Shown here: in pieces, positions 1 to 13,600 of the stretch | How positions within the stretch are numbered: the stretch's first letter is position 1 | Layout of the letters: each line of letters opens with the position of its first letter | Source: the human T2T-CHM13v2.0 reference genome, Homo sapiens | Assembly (NCBI RefSeq): GCF_009914755.1 | Contig: NC_060948.1 | Length of the DNA stretch: 64,000 nucleotides | Strand: one strand, 5' to 3' | The notes under the pieces: model-generated | What the model saw: only the letters and a program-made list of their open reading frames with translations | Database searches by the model: none | What the model was told of the DNA's origin: nothing | Position numbers and translations under genes: made by a program

Positions 1-995
1 AGTGTTATGGAACGGACTCAAAAGGAATTGAATGTAATAGAATGGAGTGGAGTGGACTCGAATATAATGGACTGGAATGGAATGAAATCACATGGAATGG
101 GAACGAATGGAATGGAATGGAAAGGAATGGAATCGAATGGAAAGGAATCGAATGGAAGGGAATGAAATTGAATCAACAGGAATGGAAGGGAATAGAATAG
201 ACGGTAATGGAATGGACTCGAATAGAATGGACACGAATGCTCAAATTGAATGGACTCGAATGGAATGGAAACGAAAGGAATGTCATCGAATGGAATTGAA
301 TCGATTGGAATGAAATCGCATAGAATGGAGTGGAATCAAATGGAATTGAATCGAAAGGAAAGGAAGCGAATGGACTGAAATGAAATGGAATGGAATTGAA
401 TGGAAAGTAATGCAATGGAATAGAATGGAACGAAATTTCACGGAATGGAATCAAACTGAATGGAATCAAACCAATGGAATCAAATCAAATGGAATGGAAA
501 GGAATTGAATGGAGTAGATTGGATTGGATGGGATTGGAATGAAATGTACTGGAAAGGACTCGAATTTCATGAAACGGAATGGAATGAATTGGAACGGAAC
601 GGACTCGAATGGAATGGAATGTCATGGAATGGCATCAAATGGAATGGCATCAAATGGAATGGAATCGAATGCAATGGAATGCTATGGAATGGAATGGAAT
701 GCATTTTAATGGAATGTCCTCTAATGGAATGGATTCGAGTGGAATGGAATCGAATATAATGGAGTCGAATGAAATGGAATTGAAAGGAATGGGATCGAAT
801 ACAATGGAATATACTGGAATGTAATGTAATGAACTCGAATGTAATTGACTGGAATGGAATGTACATGAATGGAATGTAATCGAATGGAAAGTAATCCAAT
901 GGAATAGAATCTAATGCAATAAAATCGACTCAGATAGAGTAGAATGTAATGGAATGGAGTGCAGTGCAATGGAATGGAATGGAATGGAATGCAAT

Positions 996-1035
996 GGAAT
1001 GGAATGGAATGGAATGGAATGGAATGGAATGGAAT
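996..1035 (+). repeat. Longest pure (GGAAT)n tract of the unit (n=8 here; 5-10 in other units)
   Basis: Direct count of perfect pentamers between GCAAT and GGTGT/GGGAT in each unit. Confidence 0.9.
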
Positions 1036-1254
1036 GGTGTGGAATGGATAGTAATGGACTGGAGTGAAATGGACTGGAAAGGAATGGACTCAAATTGAAT
1101 GGGCTCGAAAGGAATGGAGTCAAATGGAATGGTCTGGAATGGAATGAACACGAATGTAATGCAATCCAATAGAATGGAATCGAATGGCATGGAATATAAA
1201 GAAATGGAATCGAAGAGAATGGAAACAAATGGAATGGAATTGAGTGGAATGGAA

Positions 1255-1408
1255 TTGAATGGAATGGGAACGAATGGAGTGAAATTGTATGCAGTAGAAG
1301 AGAATAGAATGGAATGCAAGCGAAAGGAAAGGAATGGATTGGAATGGAATGGAATTCATTGGAATGGAAGGGAATGTAGTGTAATGGACAGGCCTGGAAT
1401 AAAGTGGA
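1255..1408. other. DYZ1 diagnostic landmark: EcoRI (1352), StuI/HaeIII (1390-1395) and sexing-PCR primer-like sites; recurs once per unit
   Basis: TTGAATGGAATGGGAACGAATGG (1255-1277) and GGACAGGCCTGGAATAAAGTGGA (1386-1408) match my recollection of the Y1.2 and Y1.1 DYZ1 primers. GAATTC and AGGCCT are read directly. Confidence 0.8.
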
Positions 1409-1765
1409 ATGCTACGGTCTCGAATGGAATAAAAATGTATGGAATGGAATGCAATGAAACGGAATCGAATGTCATAGAATGTAATGGAATGCAAAAAAAT
1501 GGAATCCAAAATCATTGACTGGAAAGGCTGGGTGTCGAAAGGAATTGACTCCAATGGAATGGAATCGAATGGAATGGAAGTGAATAGAATCAAACTAAAT
1601 CGAATGGAATGGAATTGATAGGAACGGAATGGAAAGGAATGCAATGATTTGGCATGGAATGGAATCGAATGGCATCGAATGGAATGGAATGGAATGCAAT
1701 GGAATGGAATGTATTAGAATGTAATGAACTTTAATGGAATGTACTCGAATGGATTCGACTGGAAT

Positions 1766-1780
1766 GGAATGTTCTGGAAG
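1766..1780. promoter_or_regulatory. Perfect 3-unit heat-shock element (nGAAnnTTCnnGAAn), seen in all 18 units
   Basis: GGAAT-GTTCT-GGAAG matches the HSF1 consensus. Motif match only; binding is not shown. Confidence 0.5.
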
Positions 1781-2045
1781 TGAATGGACTCCAATGGAAT
1801 GGATTCAAAAGGAATGGAATCGTACGGAATGGAATCTAATGGAATGGAATTAAATGGAAATGAATCAAATTGAATAGCACGGAATTGAATTGAATGGAAT
1901 GGAATGCAATGGAATCTAATGAAACGGAAAGGAAAGGAATGGAATGGAATGGAATGGGCTGGAATGGAAAGGAATCGAAACGAATGGAATGGAATCGAAC
2001 TGAAGAGACTGGAATGGAATGCACTGGAATGGAAGGGAGTGTAAT

Positions 2046-2060
2046 GGAAGGTTCTCGAAA
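2046..2060. promoter_or_regulatory. Perfect 3-unit heat-shock element, intact in 16 of 18 units
   Basis: GGAAG-GTTCT-CGAAA; changed to GGAAG-GCTCT-CGAAA in units 14 and 16. Motif match only. Confidence 0.5.
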
Positions 2061-3071
2061 AAAATGGAATGGAATGGAATGGAATTGAATGGAACGGAAT
2101 AGAGTCGAATGGAATTGAATGGAATGGAATGGACTAGAGTGAAATGGAATCGAACCACAAGGAATGGACAGGAATAGAATGGTCTCGAATTGAATGGAAT
2201 CGTATGGAATGGCATCAAACGGAATGGAATGGACAGCCACGGAATAGAATGCACTCGAATGCAATGGAGTCGAAACTAATGGACTGGAATAGAATGGAGT
2301 CGACTGGTACGGACTCCAATGGAATGGAATCGAATGGAAGGGAATCGAACGGAATGGACTCGAAGGGACCAGACTGCAATGGAAAGGTCTCGAATGGAAT
2401 GGAAATTAATGGAATGGAATGGAATCGAATGAAATGGAGTCAAAAGGAATGGAATCGAATGGCAAGAAATCGAATGTAATGGAATCGCAAGGAATTGATG
2501 TGAACGGAACGGAATGGAATGGAATCCAAAGGAATGGAATAGAATGGAATGGAATCGAATGGAAAGGACTCGAATGGAAATCACTCGAATAGAATGCAAT
2601 TTAATAAAATAGGATCAAATGTAATGGAATGGAATGGAAAGGAATCGAAACGAAAGGAATGGAGACAGATGGAATGGAATGGAACAGAGAGCAATGGTAT
2701 AGAATGGAATGGAATCATCTGGAATGGAATTGAATGGAATGGAATAATATGAAATGGAATGGAATGGAATGGAATGGAATGCCCTTGAATTAAATGGACT
2801 GGAATGGAATGGACTCGAACAGAGTGGAATGGAAAGTGTTGAGATAGAATGGAATGGACTCGTTTGGAATGGTCTAGTATGCAATGCAATCGACTGGCAG
2901 GGAATCAAAAGGAATGTAATGGAATGGATTGGACTGGAATGCAATGGACTCGAATAGATTGGAAACGGAATGCAAAGGAATGGAATGGAATAGTATGGAA
3001 TGGAATGGAAAGGAATGGAGTGGAATAGACTAGAGTGGAATGGAATGGACTGGAAAGCAATAGACTGGAAT

Positions 3072-3086
3072 GGAACTTTCTTGAAT
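3072..3086. promoter_or_regulatory. Perfect 3-unit heat-shock element limited to subtype A units (also 6626-6640)
   Basis: GGAAC-TTTCT-TGAAT in units 1-2; units 3-18 read TGGAT in the third pentamer. Motif match only. Confidence 0.4.
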
Positions 3087-3554
3087 GGACTGGAATCAAA
3101 CGGAATGGAATGCAATGCAATCAAATGGCATGGAATAAAATAGAATGAAAGAGAATCAAATGGAATTGAATCGAATGGAATCGAATGGATTGGAAAGGAA
3201 TAGAATGGAATGGAATGGAATTGACTCAAATGGAATGGACTAGAATGGAATGGATTCGAATGGAAGGCAAAGGAATGGAATCTATTGGAATGGACTGTAA
3301 TGGAATGGAATGGAAGGGATTGGAATGGACTCGAATGGAATGGACTGCAATAGAAAGGATTCGAATGGAATGAAAAAGAATTGAATGGAATAGAACAGAA
3401 TGGAATCAAATCGAATGAAATGGAATGGAATAGAAAGGAATGGAATGAAATGGAATGGAAAGGATTCGAATGGAATGCAATCGAATGGAATGGAATCGAA
3501 CGGAATGGAATAAAATGGAAGAAAACTGGCAAGAAATGGAATCGAAATGAATGG

Positions 3555-6500
3555 AGTGTTATGGAACGGACTCAAAAGGAATTGAATATAATAGAATGGA
3601 GTGGAGTGGACTCGAATATAATGGACTGGAATGGAATGAAATCACATGGAATGGGAACGAATGGAATGGAATGGAAAGGAATGGAATCGAATGGAAAGGA
3701 ATCGAATGGAAGGGAATGAAATTGAATCAACAGGAATGGAAGGGAATAGAATAGACGGTAATGGAATGGACTCGAATAGAATGGACACGAATGCTCAAAT
3801 TGAATGGACTCGAATGGAATGGAAACGAAAGGAATGTCATCGAATGGAATTGAATCGATTGGAATGAAATCGCATAGAATGGAGTGGAATCAAATGGAAT
3901 TGAATCGAAAGGAAAGGAAGCGAATGGACTGAAATGAAATGGAATGGAATTGAATGGAAAGTAATGCAATGGAATAGAATGGAACGAAATTTCACGGAAT
4001 GGAATCAAACTGAATGGAATCAAACCAATGGAATCAAATCAAATGGAATGGAAAGGAATTGAATGGAGTAGATTGGATTGGATGGGATTGGAATGAAATG
4101 TACTGGAAAGGACTCGAATTTCATGAAACGGAATGGAATGAATTGGAACGGAACGGACTCGAATGGAATGGAATGTCATGGAATGGCATCAAATGGAATG
4201 GCATCAAATGGAATGGAATCGAATGCAATGGAATGCTATGGAATGGAGTGGAATGCATTTTAATGGAATGTCCTCTAATGGAATGGATTCGAGTGGAATG
4301 GAATCGAATATAATGGAGTCGAATGAAATGGAATTGAAAGGAATGGGATCGAATACAATGGAATATACTGGAATGTAATGTAATGAACTCGAATGTAATT
4401 GACTGGAATGGAATGTACATGAATGGAATGTAATCGAATGGAAAGTAATCCAATGGAATAGAATCTAATGCAATAAAATCGACTCAGATAGAGTAGAATG
4501 TAATGGAATGGAGTGCAGTGCAATGGAATGGAATGGAATGGAATGCAATGGAATGGAATGGAATGGAATGGAATGGAATGGAATGGAATGGTGTGGAATG
4601 GATAGTAATGGACTGGAGTGAAATGGACTGGAAAGGAATGGACTCAAATTGAATGGGCTCGAAAGGAATGGAGTCAAATGGAATGGTCTGGAATGGAATG
4701 AACACGAATGTAATGCAATCCAATAGAATGGAATCGAATGGCATGGAATATAAAGAAATGGAATCGAAGAGAATGGAAACAAATGGAATGGAATTGGGTG
4801 GAATGGAATTGAATGGAATGGGAACGAATGGAGTGAAATTGTATGCAGTAGAAGAGAATAGAATGGAATGCAAGCGAAAGGAAAGGAATGGATTGGAATG
4901 GAATGGAATTCATTGGAATGGAAGGGAATGTAGTGTAATGGACAGGCCTGGAATAAAGTGGAATGCTACGGTCTCGAATGGAATAAAAATGTATGGAATG
5001 GAATGCAATGAAACGGAATCGAATGTCATAGAATGTAATGGAATGCAAAAAAATGGAATCCAAAATCATTGACTGGAAAGGCTGGGTGTCGAAAGGAATT
5101 GACTCCAATGGAATGGAATCGAATGGAATGGAAGTGAATAGAATCGAACTAAATCGAATGGAATGGAATTGATAGGAACGGAATGGAAAGGAATGCAATG
5201 ATTTGGCATGGAATGGAATCGAATGGCATCGAATGGAATGGAATGGAATGCAATGGAATGGAATGTATTAGAATGTAATGAACTTTAATGGAATGTACTC
5301 GAATGGATTCGACTGGAATGGAATGTTCTGGAAGTGAATGGACTCCAATGGAATGGATTCAAAAGGAATGGAATCGTACGGAATGGAATCTAATGGAATG
5401 GAATTAAATGGAAATGAATCAAATTGAATAGCACGGAATTGAATTGAATGGAATGGAATGCAATGGAATCTAATGAAACGGAAAGGAAAGGAATGGAATG
5501 GAATGGAATGGGCTGGAATGGAAAGGAATCGAAACGAATGGAATGGAATCGAAGTGAAGAGACTGGAATGGAATGCACTGGAATGGAAGGGAGTGTAATG
5601 GAAGGTTCTCGAAAAAAATGGAATGGAATGGAATGGAATTGAATGGAACGGAATAGAGTCGAATGGAATTGAATGGAATGGAATGGACTAGAGTGAAATG
5701 GAATCGAACCACAAGGAATGGACAGGAATAGAATGGTCTCGAATTGAATGGAATCGTATGGAATGGCATCAAACGGAATGGAATGGACAGCCACGGAATA
5801 GAATGCACTCGAATGCAATGGAGTCGAAACTAATGGACTGGAATAGAATGGACTCGACTGGTACGGACTCCAATGGAATGGAATCGAATGGAAGGGAATC
5901 GAACGGAATGGACTCGAAGGGACCAGACTGCAATGGAAAGGTCTCGAATGGAATGGAAATTAATGGAATGGAATGGAATCGAATGAAATGGAGTCAAAAG
6001 GAATGGAATCGAATGGCAAGAAATCGAATGTAATGGAATCGCAAGGAATTGATGTGAACGGAACGGAATGGAATGGAATCCAAAGGAATGGAATAGAATG
6101 GAATGGAATCGAATGGAAAGGACTCGAATGGAAATCACTCGAATAGAATGCAATTTAATAAAATAGGATCAAATGTAATGGAATGGAATGGAAAGGAATC
6201 GAAACGAAAGGAATGGAGACAGATGGAATGGAATGGAACAGAGAGCAATGGTATAGAATGGAATGGAATCATCTGGAATGGAATTGAATGGAATGGAATA
6301 ATATGAAATGGAATGGAATGGAATGGAATGGAATGCCCTTGAATTAAATGGACTGGAATGGAATGGACTCGAACAGAGTGGAATGGAAAGTGTTGAGATA
6401 GAATGGAATGGACTCGTTTGGAATGGTCTAGTATGCAATGCAATCGACTGGCAGGGAATCAAAAGGAATGTAATGGAATGGATTGGACTGGAATGCAATG

Positions 6501-7108
6501 GACTCGAATAGATTGGAAACGGAATGCAAAGGAATGGAATGGAATAGTATGGAATGGAATGGAAAGGAATGGAGTGGAATAGACTAGAGTGGAATGGAAT
6601 GGACTGGAAAGCAATAGACTGGAATGGAACTTTCTTGAATGGACTGGAATCAAACGGAATGGAATGCAATGCAATCAAATGGCATGGAATAAAATAGAAT
6701 GAAAGAGAATCAAATGGAATTGAATCGAATGGAATCGAATGGATTGGAAAGGAATAGAATGGAATGGAATGGAATTGACTCAAATGGAATGGACTAGAAT
6801 GGAATGGATTCGAATGGAAGGCAAAGGAATGGAATCTATTGGAATGGACTGTAATGGAATGGAATGGAAGGGATTGGAATGGACTCGAATGGAATGGACT
6901 GCAATAGAAAGGATTCGAATGGAATGAAAAAGAATTGAATGGAATAGAACAGAATGGAATCAAATCGAATGAAATGGAATGGAATAGAAAGGAATGGAAT
7001 GAAATGGAATGGAAAGGATTCGAATGGAATGCAATCGAATGGAATGGAATCGAACGGAATGGAATAAAATGGAAGAAAACTGGCAAGAAATGGAATCGAA
7101 ATGAATGG
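3555..7108 (+). repeat. Unit 2 (3554 bp), subtype A
   Basis: Same length and markers as unit 1; roughly half a dozen substitutions seen by eye. Confidence 0.93.
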
Positions 7109-10100
7109 AGTGTTATGGAACGGACTCAAAAGGAATTGAATGTAATAGAATGGAGTGGAGTGGACTCGAATATAATGGACTGGAATGGAATGAAATCACA
7201 TGGAATGGGAACGAATGGAATGGAATGGAAAGGAATGGAATCGAATGGAAAGGAATCGAATGGAAGGGAATGAAATTGAATCAACAGGAATGGAAGGGAA
7301 TAGAATAGACGGTAATGGAATGGACTCGAATAGAATGGACACGAATGCTCAAATTGAATGGACTCGAATGGAATGGAAACGAAAGGAATGTCATCGAATG
7401 GAATTGAATCGATTGGAATGAAATCGCATAGAATGGAGTGGAATCAAATGGAATTGAATCGAAAGGAAAGGAAGCGAATGGACTGAAATGAAATGGAATG
7501 GAATTGAATGGAAAGTAATGCAATGGAATAGAATGGAACGAAATTTCACGGAATGGAATCAAACTGAATGGAATCAAACCAATGGAATCAAATCAAATGG
7601 AATGGAAAGGAATTGAATGGAGTAGATTGGATTGGATGGGATTGGAATGAAATGTACTGGAAAGGACTCGAATTTCATGAAACGGAATGGAATGAATTGG
7701 AACGGAACGGACTCGAATGGAATGGAATGTCATGGAATGGCATCAAATGGAATGGCATCAAATGGAATGGAATCGAATGCAATAGAATGCTATGGAATGG
7801 AATGGAATGCATTTTAATGGAATGTCCTCTAATGGAATGGATTCGAGTGGAATGGAATCGAATATAATGGAGTCGAATGAAATGGAATTGAAAGGAATGG
7901 GATCGAATACAATGGAATATACTGGAATGTAATGTAATGAACTCGAATGTAATTGACTGGAATGGAATGTACATGAATGGAATGTAATCGAATGGAAAGT
8001 AATCCAATGGAATAGAATCTAATGCAATAAAATCGACTCAGATAGAGTAGAATGTAATGGAATGGAGTGCAGTGCAATGGAATGGAATGGAATGGAATGC
8101 AATGGAATGGAATGGAATGGAATGGAATGGAATGGAATGGAATGGTGTGGAATGGATAGTAATGGACTGGAGTGAAATGGACTGGAAAGGAATGGACTCA
8201 AATTGAATGGGCTCGAAAGGAATGGAGTCAAATGGAATGGTCTGGAATGGAATGAACACGAATGTAATGCAACCCAATAGAATGGAATCGAATGGCATGG
8301 AATATAAAGAAATGGAATCGAAGAGAATGGAAACAAATGGAATGGAATTGAATGGAATGGAATTGAATGGAATGGGAACGAATGGAGTGAAATTGTATGC
8401 AGTAGAAGAGAATAGAATGGAATGCAAGCGAAAGGAAAGGAATGGATTGGAATGGAATGGAATTCATTGGAATGGAAGGGAATGTAGTGTAATGGACAGG
8501 CCTGGAATAAAGTGGAATGCTACGGTCTCGAATGGAATAAAAATGTATGGAATGGAATGCAATGAAACGGAATCGAATGTCATAGAATGTAATGGAATGC
8601 AAAAAAATGGAATCCAAAATCATTGACTGGAAAGGCTGGGTGTCGAAAGGAATTGACTCCAATGGAATGGAATCGAATGGAATGGAAGTGAATAGAATCG
8701 AACTAAATCGAATGGAATGGAATTGATAGGAACGGAATGGAAAGGAATGCAATGATTTGGCATGGAATGGAATCGAATGGCATCGAATGGAATGGAATGG
8801 AATGCAATGGAATGGAATGTATTAGAATGTAATGAACTTTAATGGAATGTACTCGAATGGATTCGACTGGAATGGAATGTTCTGGAAGTGAATGGACTCC
8901 AATGGAATGGATTCAAAAGGAATGGAATCGTACGGAATGGAATCTAATGGAATGGAATTAAATGGAAATGAATCAAATTGAATAGCACGGAATTGAATTG
9001 AATGGAATGGAATGCAATGGAATCTAATGAAACGGAAAGGAAAGGAATGGAATGGAATGGAATGGGCTGGAATGGAAAGGAATCGAAACGAATGGAATGG
9101 AATCGAAGTGAAGAGACTGGAATGGAATGCACTGGAATGGAAGGGAGTGTAATGGAAGGTTCTCGAAAAAAATGGAATCGAATGGAATGGAATTGAATGG
9201 AACGGAATAGAGTCGAATGGAATTGAATGGAATGGAATGGACTAGAGTGAAATGGAATCGAACCACAAGGAATGGACAGGAATAGAATGGTCTCGAATTG
9301 AATGGAATCGTATGGAATGGCATCAAACGGAATGGAATGGACAGCCACGGAATGGAATGCACTCGAATGCAATGGAGTCGAAACTAATGGACTGGAATAG
9401 AATGGACTCGACTGGTACGGACTCCAATGGAATGGAATCGAATGGAAGGGAATCGAACGGAAGGGAATCGAACGGAATGGACTCGAAGGGAAAAGACTGC
9501 AATGGAAAGGTCTCGAATGGAATGGAAATTAATGGAATGGAATGGAATCGAATGAAATGGAGTCAAAAGGAATGGAATCGAATGGCAAGAAATCGAATGT
9601 AATGGAATCGCCAGGAATTGATGTGAACGGAACGGAATGGAATGGAATCCAAAGGAATGGAATAGAATGGAATGGAATCGAATGGAAAGGACTCGAATGG
9701 AAATCACTCGAATAGAATGCAATTTAATAAAATAGGATCAAATGTAATGGAATGGAATGGAAAGGAATCGAAACGAAAGGAATGGAGACAGATGGAATGG
9801 AATGGAACAGAGAGCAATGGTATAGAATGGAATGGAATCATCTGGAATGGAATTGAATGGAATGGAATAATATGAAATGGAATGGAATGGAATGGAATGG
9901 AATGCCCTTGAATTAAATGGACTGGAATGGAATGGACTCAAACAGAGTGGAATGGAATGTGTGGAGATAGAATGGAATGAACTCCTTTGGAATGGTCTAG
10001 TAGGCAATGCAATCGACTGGCAGGGAATCAAAAGGTATGTAATCGAATGGATTGGACTGGAATGCAAAGGACTCGAATAGATTGGAAACGGAATGCAAAG

Positions 10101-10677
10101 GAATGGAATGGAATAGTATGGAATGCAATGGAAGGGAATGGAGTGGAATAGACTAGAGTGGAATGGAATGGACTGGAAAGCAATGGACTGGAATGGAACT
10201 TTCTTGGATGGACTGGAATCAAACGGAATGGAATGCAGTGCAATCAAATGGCATGGAATAAAATAGAATGAAAGAGAATCAAATGGAATTGAATCGAATG
10301 GAATCGAATGGATTGGAAAGGAATAGAATGGAATGGAATGGAATGGACTCAAATGGAATGGACTAGAATGGAATGGATTCGAATGGAAGGCAAAGGAATG
10401 GAATCTATTGGAATGGACTGTAATGGAATGGAATGGAAGGGATTGGAATGGACTCGAATGGAATGGACTGCAATAGAAAGGATTCGAATGGAATGAAAAA
10501 GAATTGAATGGAATAGAACAGAATGGAATCAAATCGAATGAAATGGAATGGAATAGAAAGGAATGGAATGAAATGGAATGGAAAGGATTCGAATGGAATG
10601 CAATCGAATGGAATGGAATCGAACGGAATGGAATAAAATGGAAGAAAACTGGCAAGAAATGGAATCGAAATGAATGG
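7109..10677 (+). repeat. Unit 3 (3569 bp), A/B mosaic
   Basis: A markers up to ~8149, then mostly B markers from ~8272, including the doubled 15-mer at 9444-9473. Confidence 0.9.
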
Positions 10678-13600
10678 AGTGTTATGGAACGGACTCAAAA
10701 GGAATTGAATGTAATAGAATGGAGTCTAGTGGACTCGAATATAATGGACTGGAATGGAATGAAATCACATGGAATGGGAACGAATGGAATGGAATGGAAA
10801 GGAATGGAATCGAATGGAAAGGAATCGAATGGAAGGGAATGAAATTGAGTCAACACGAATGGAAGGGAATAGAATAGACTGTAATGGAATGGACTCGAAT
10901 AGAATGGACACGAATGCTCAAATTAAATGGACTCGAATGGAATGGAAACGAAAGGAATGTCATCGAATGGAATTGAATCGATTGGAATGAAATCGCATAG
11001 AATGGAGTGGAATCAAATGGAATTGAATCGAAAGGAAAGGAAGCGAATGGACTGAAATGAAATGGAATGGAATTGAATGGAAAGTAATGCAATGGAATAG
11101 AATGGAACGAAATTTCACGGAATGGAATCAAACTGAATGGAATCAAATCAATGGAATCAAATCAAATGGAATGGAAAGGAATTGAATGGAGTAGATGGGA
11201 TTGGATGGGATTGGAATGAAATGTACTGGAAAGGACTCGAATTTCATGAAACGGAATGGAATGAATTGGAACTGAATGGACTCGAATGGAATGGAATGTC
11301 ATGGGATGGCATCAAATGGAATGACATCAAATGGAATGGAATCGAATGCAATGGAATGCTATGGAATGGAATGGAATGCATTGGAATGGAATGTTCTCTA
11401 ATGGAATGGATTCGAGTGGAATGGAATTGAATATAATGGAGTCGAATGAAATGGAATTGAAAGGAATGGGATCGAATACAATGGAATATACAGGAATGTA
11501 ACGTAATGAACTCGAATGTAATTGACTGGAATGGAATGTACATGAATGGAATGTAATCGAATGGAAAGTAATCCAATGGAATAGAATCTAATGCAATAAA
11601 ATCGACTCAGATAGAGTAGAATGTAATGGAATGGAGTGCAGTGCAATGGAATGGAATGGAATGGAATGCAATGGAATGGAATGGAATGGAATGGAATGGA
11701 ATGGAATGGAATGGAATGGGATGGAATGGTATGGAATGGATAGTAATGGACTGGAGTGAAATGGACTGGAAAGGAATGGACTCAAATTGAATGGGCTCGA
11801 AAGGAATGGAGTCAAATGGAATGGTCTGGAATGGAATGAACACGAATGTAATGCAACCCAATAGAATGGAATCGAATGGCATGGAATATAAAGAAATGGA
11901 ATCGAAGAGAATGGAAACAAATGGAATGGAATTGAATGGAATGGAATTGAATGGAATGGGAACGAATGGAGTGAAATTGTATGCAGTAGAAGAGAATAGA
12001 ATGGAATGCAAGCGAAAGGAAAGGAATGGATTGGAATGGAATGGAATTCATTGGAATGGAAGGGAATGTAGTGTAATGGACAGGCCTGGAATAAAGTGGA
12101 ATGCTACGGTCTCGAATGGAATAAAAATGTATGGAATGGAATGCAATGAAACGGAATCGAATGTCATAGAATGTAATGGAATGCAAAAAAATGGAATCCA
12201 AAATCATTGACTGGAAAGGCTGGGTGTCGAAAGGAATTGACTCCAATGGAATGGAATCGAATGGAATGGAAGTGAATAGAATCGAACTAAATCGAATGGA
12301 ATGGAATTGATAGGAACGGAATGGAAAGGAATGCAATGATTTGGCTTGGAATGGAATCGAATGGCATCGAATGGAATGGAATGGAATGCAATGGAATGGA
12401 ATGTATTAGAATGTAATGAACTTTAATGGAATGTACTCGAATGGATTCGACTGGAATGGAATGTTCTGGAAGTGAATGGACTCCAATGGAATGGATTCAA
12501 AAGGAATGGAATCGTACGGAATGGAATCTAACGGAATGGAATTAAATGGAAATGAATCAAATTGAATAGCACGGAATTGAATTGAATGGAATGGAATGCA
12601 ATGGAATCTAATGAAACGGAAAGGAAAGGAATGGAATGGAATGGAATGGGCTGGAATGGAAAGGAATCGAAACGAATGGAATGGAATCGAAGTGAAGAGA
12701 CTGGAATGGAATGCACTGGAATGGAAGGGAGTGTAATGGAAGGTTCTCGAAAAAAATGGAATCGAATGGAATGGAATTGATTGGAACGGAATAGAGTCGA
12801 ATGGAATTGAATGGAATGGAATGGACTAGAGTGAAATGGAATCGAACCACAAGGAATGGACAGGAATAGAATGGTCTCGAATTGAATGGAATCGTATGGA
12901 ATGGCATCAAACGGAATGGAATGGACAGCCACGGAATGGAATGCACTCGAATGCAATGGAGTCGAAACTAATGGACTGGAATAGAATGGACTCGACTGGT
13001 ACGGACTCCAATGGAATGGAATCGAATGGAAGGGAATCGAACGGAATGGAATCGAACGGAATGGACTCGAAGGGAAAAGACTGCAATGGAAAGGTCTCGA
13101 ATGGAATGGAAATTAATGGAATGGAATGGAATCGAATGAAATGGAGTCAAAAGGAATGGAATCGAATGGCAAGAAATCGAATGTAATGGAATCGCCAGGA
13201 ATTGATGTGAACGGAACGGAATGGAATGGAATCCAAAGGAATGGAATAGAATGGAATGGAATCGAATGGAAAGGACTCGAATGGAAATCACTCGAATAGA
13301 ATGCAATTTAATAAAATAGGATCAAATGTAATGGAATGGAATGGAAAGGAATCGAAACGAAAGGAATGGAGACAGATGGAATGGAATGGAACAGAGAGCA
13401 ATGGTATAGAATGGAATGGAATCATCTGGAATGGAATTGAATGGAATGGAATAATATGAAATGGAATGGAATGGAATGGAATGGAATGCCCTTGAATTAA
13501 ATGGACTGGAATGGAATGGACTCAAACAGAGTGGAATGGAAAGTGTGGAGATAGAATGGAATGAACTCCTTTGGAATGGTGTAGTATGCAATGCAATCGA

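Larger units (their letters stand above)
1..3554 (+). repeat. Unit 1 (3554 bp), subtype A
   Basis: AGTGTTATGGAACGG recurs at 3555. Carries A markers: GACGGTAAT, AAACCAAT, GCATTTTAAT, GGTGT after the pure tract, single copy of the 15-mer at ~2336. Confidence 0.93.

Noticed and set aside
431-575. Additional HSE-like sites (GAAATTTCACGGA, GAATTTCATGAA)
   Set aside because: Only two correctly spaced units each, so not counted as full HSEs.
892-902. DUX4-like TAATCCAAT
   Set aside because: Ends in GG rather than CA, so it is an incomplete match to TAAYYYAATCA.
996-1035. EWS-FLI1-type GGAA microsatellite or canonical G-quadruplex
   Set aside because: The period is 5 (GGAAT), not tandem GGAA, and G-runs are almost all only two long.
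918-3515. Several AATAAA hexamers per unit
   Set aside because: Easily produced by point changes in GAAT-GGAA; no downstream GU-rich element or transcript context.
2615-3532. 305-aa minus-strand ORF (FHSIP-rich) open in every complete unit
   Set aside because: ATTCC repeats have no stop codon in any frame and the units are near-identical, so persistence is expected. Low complexity, no domain, no gene structure.
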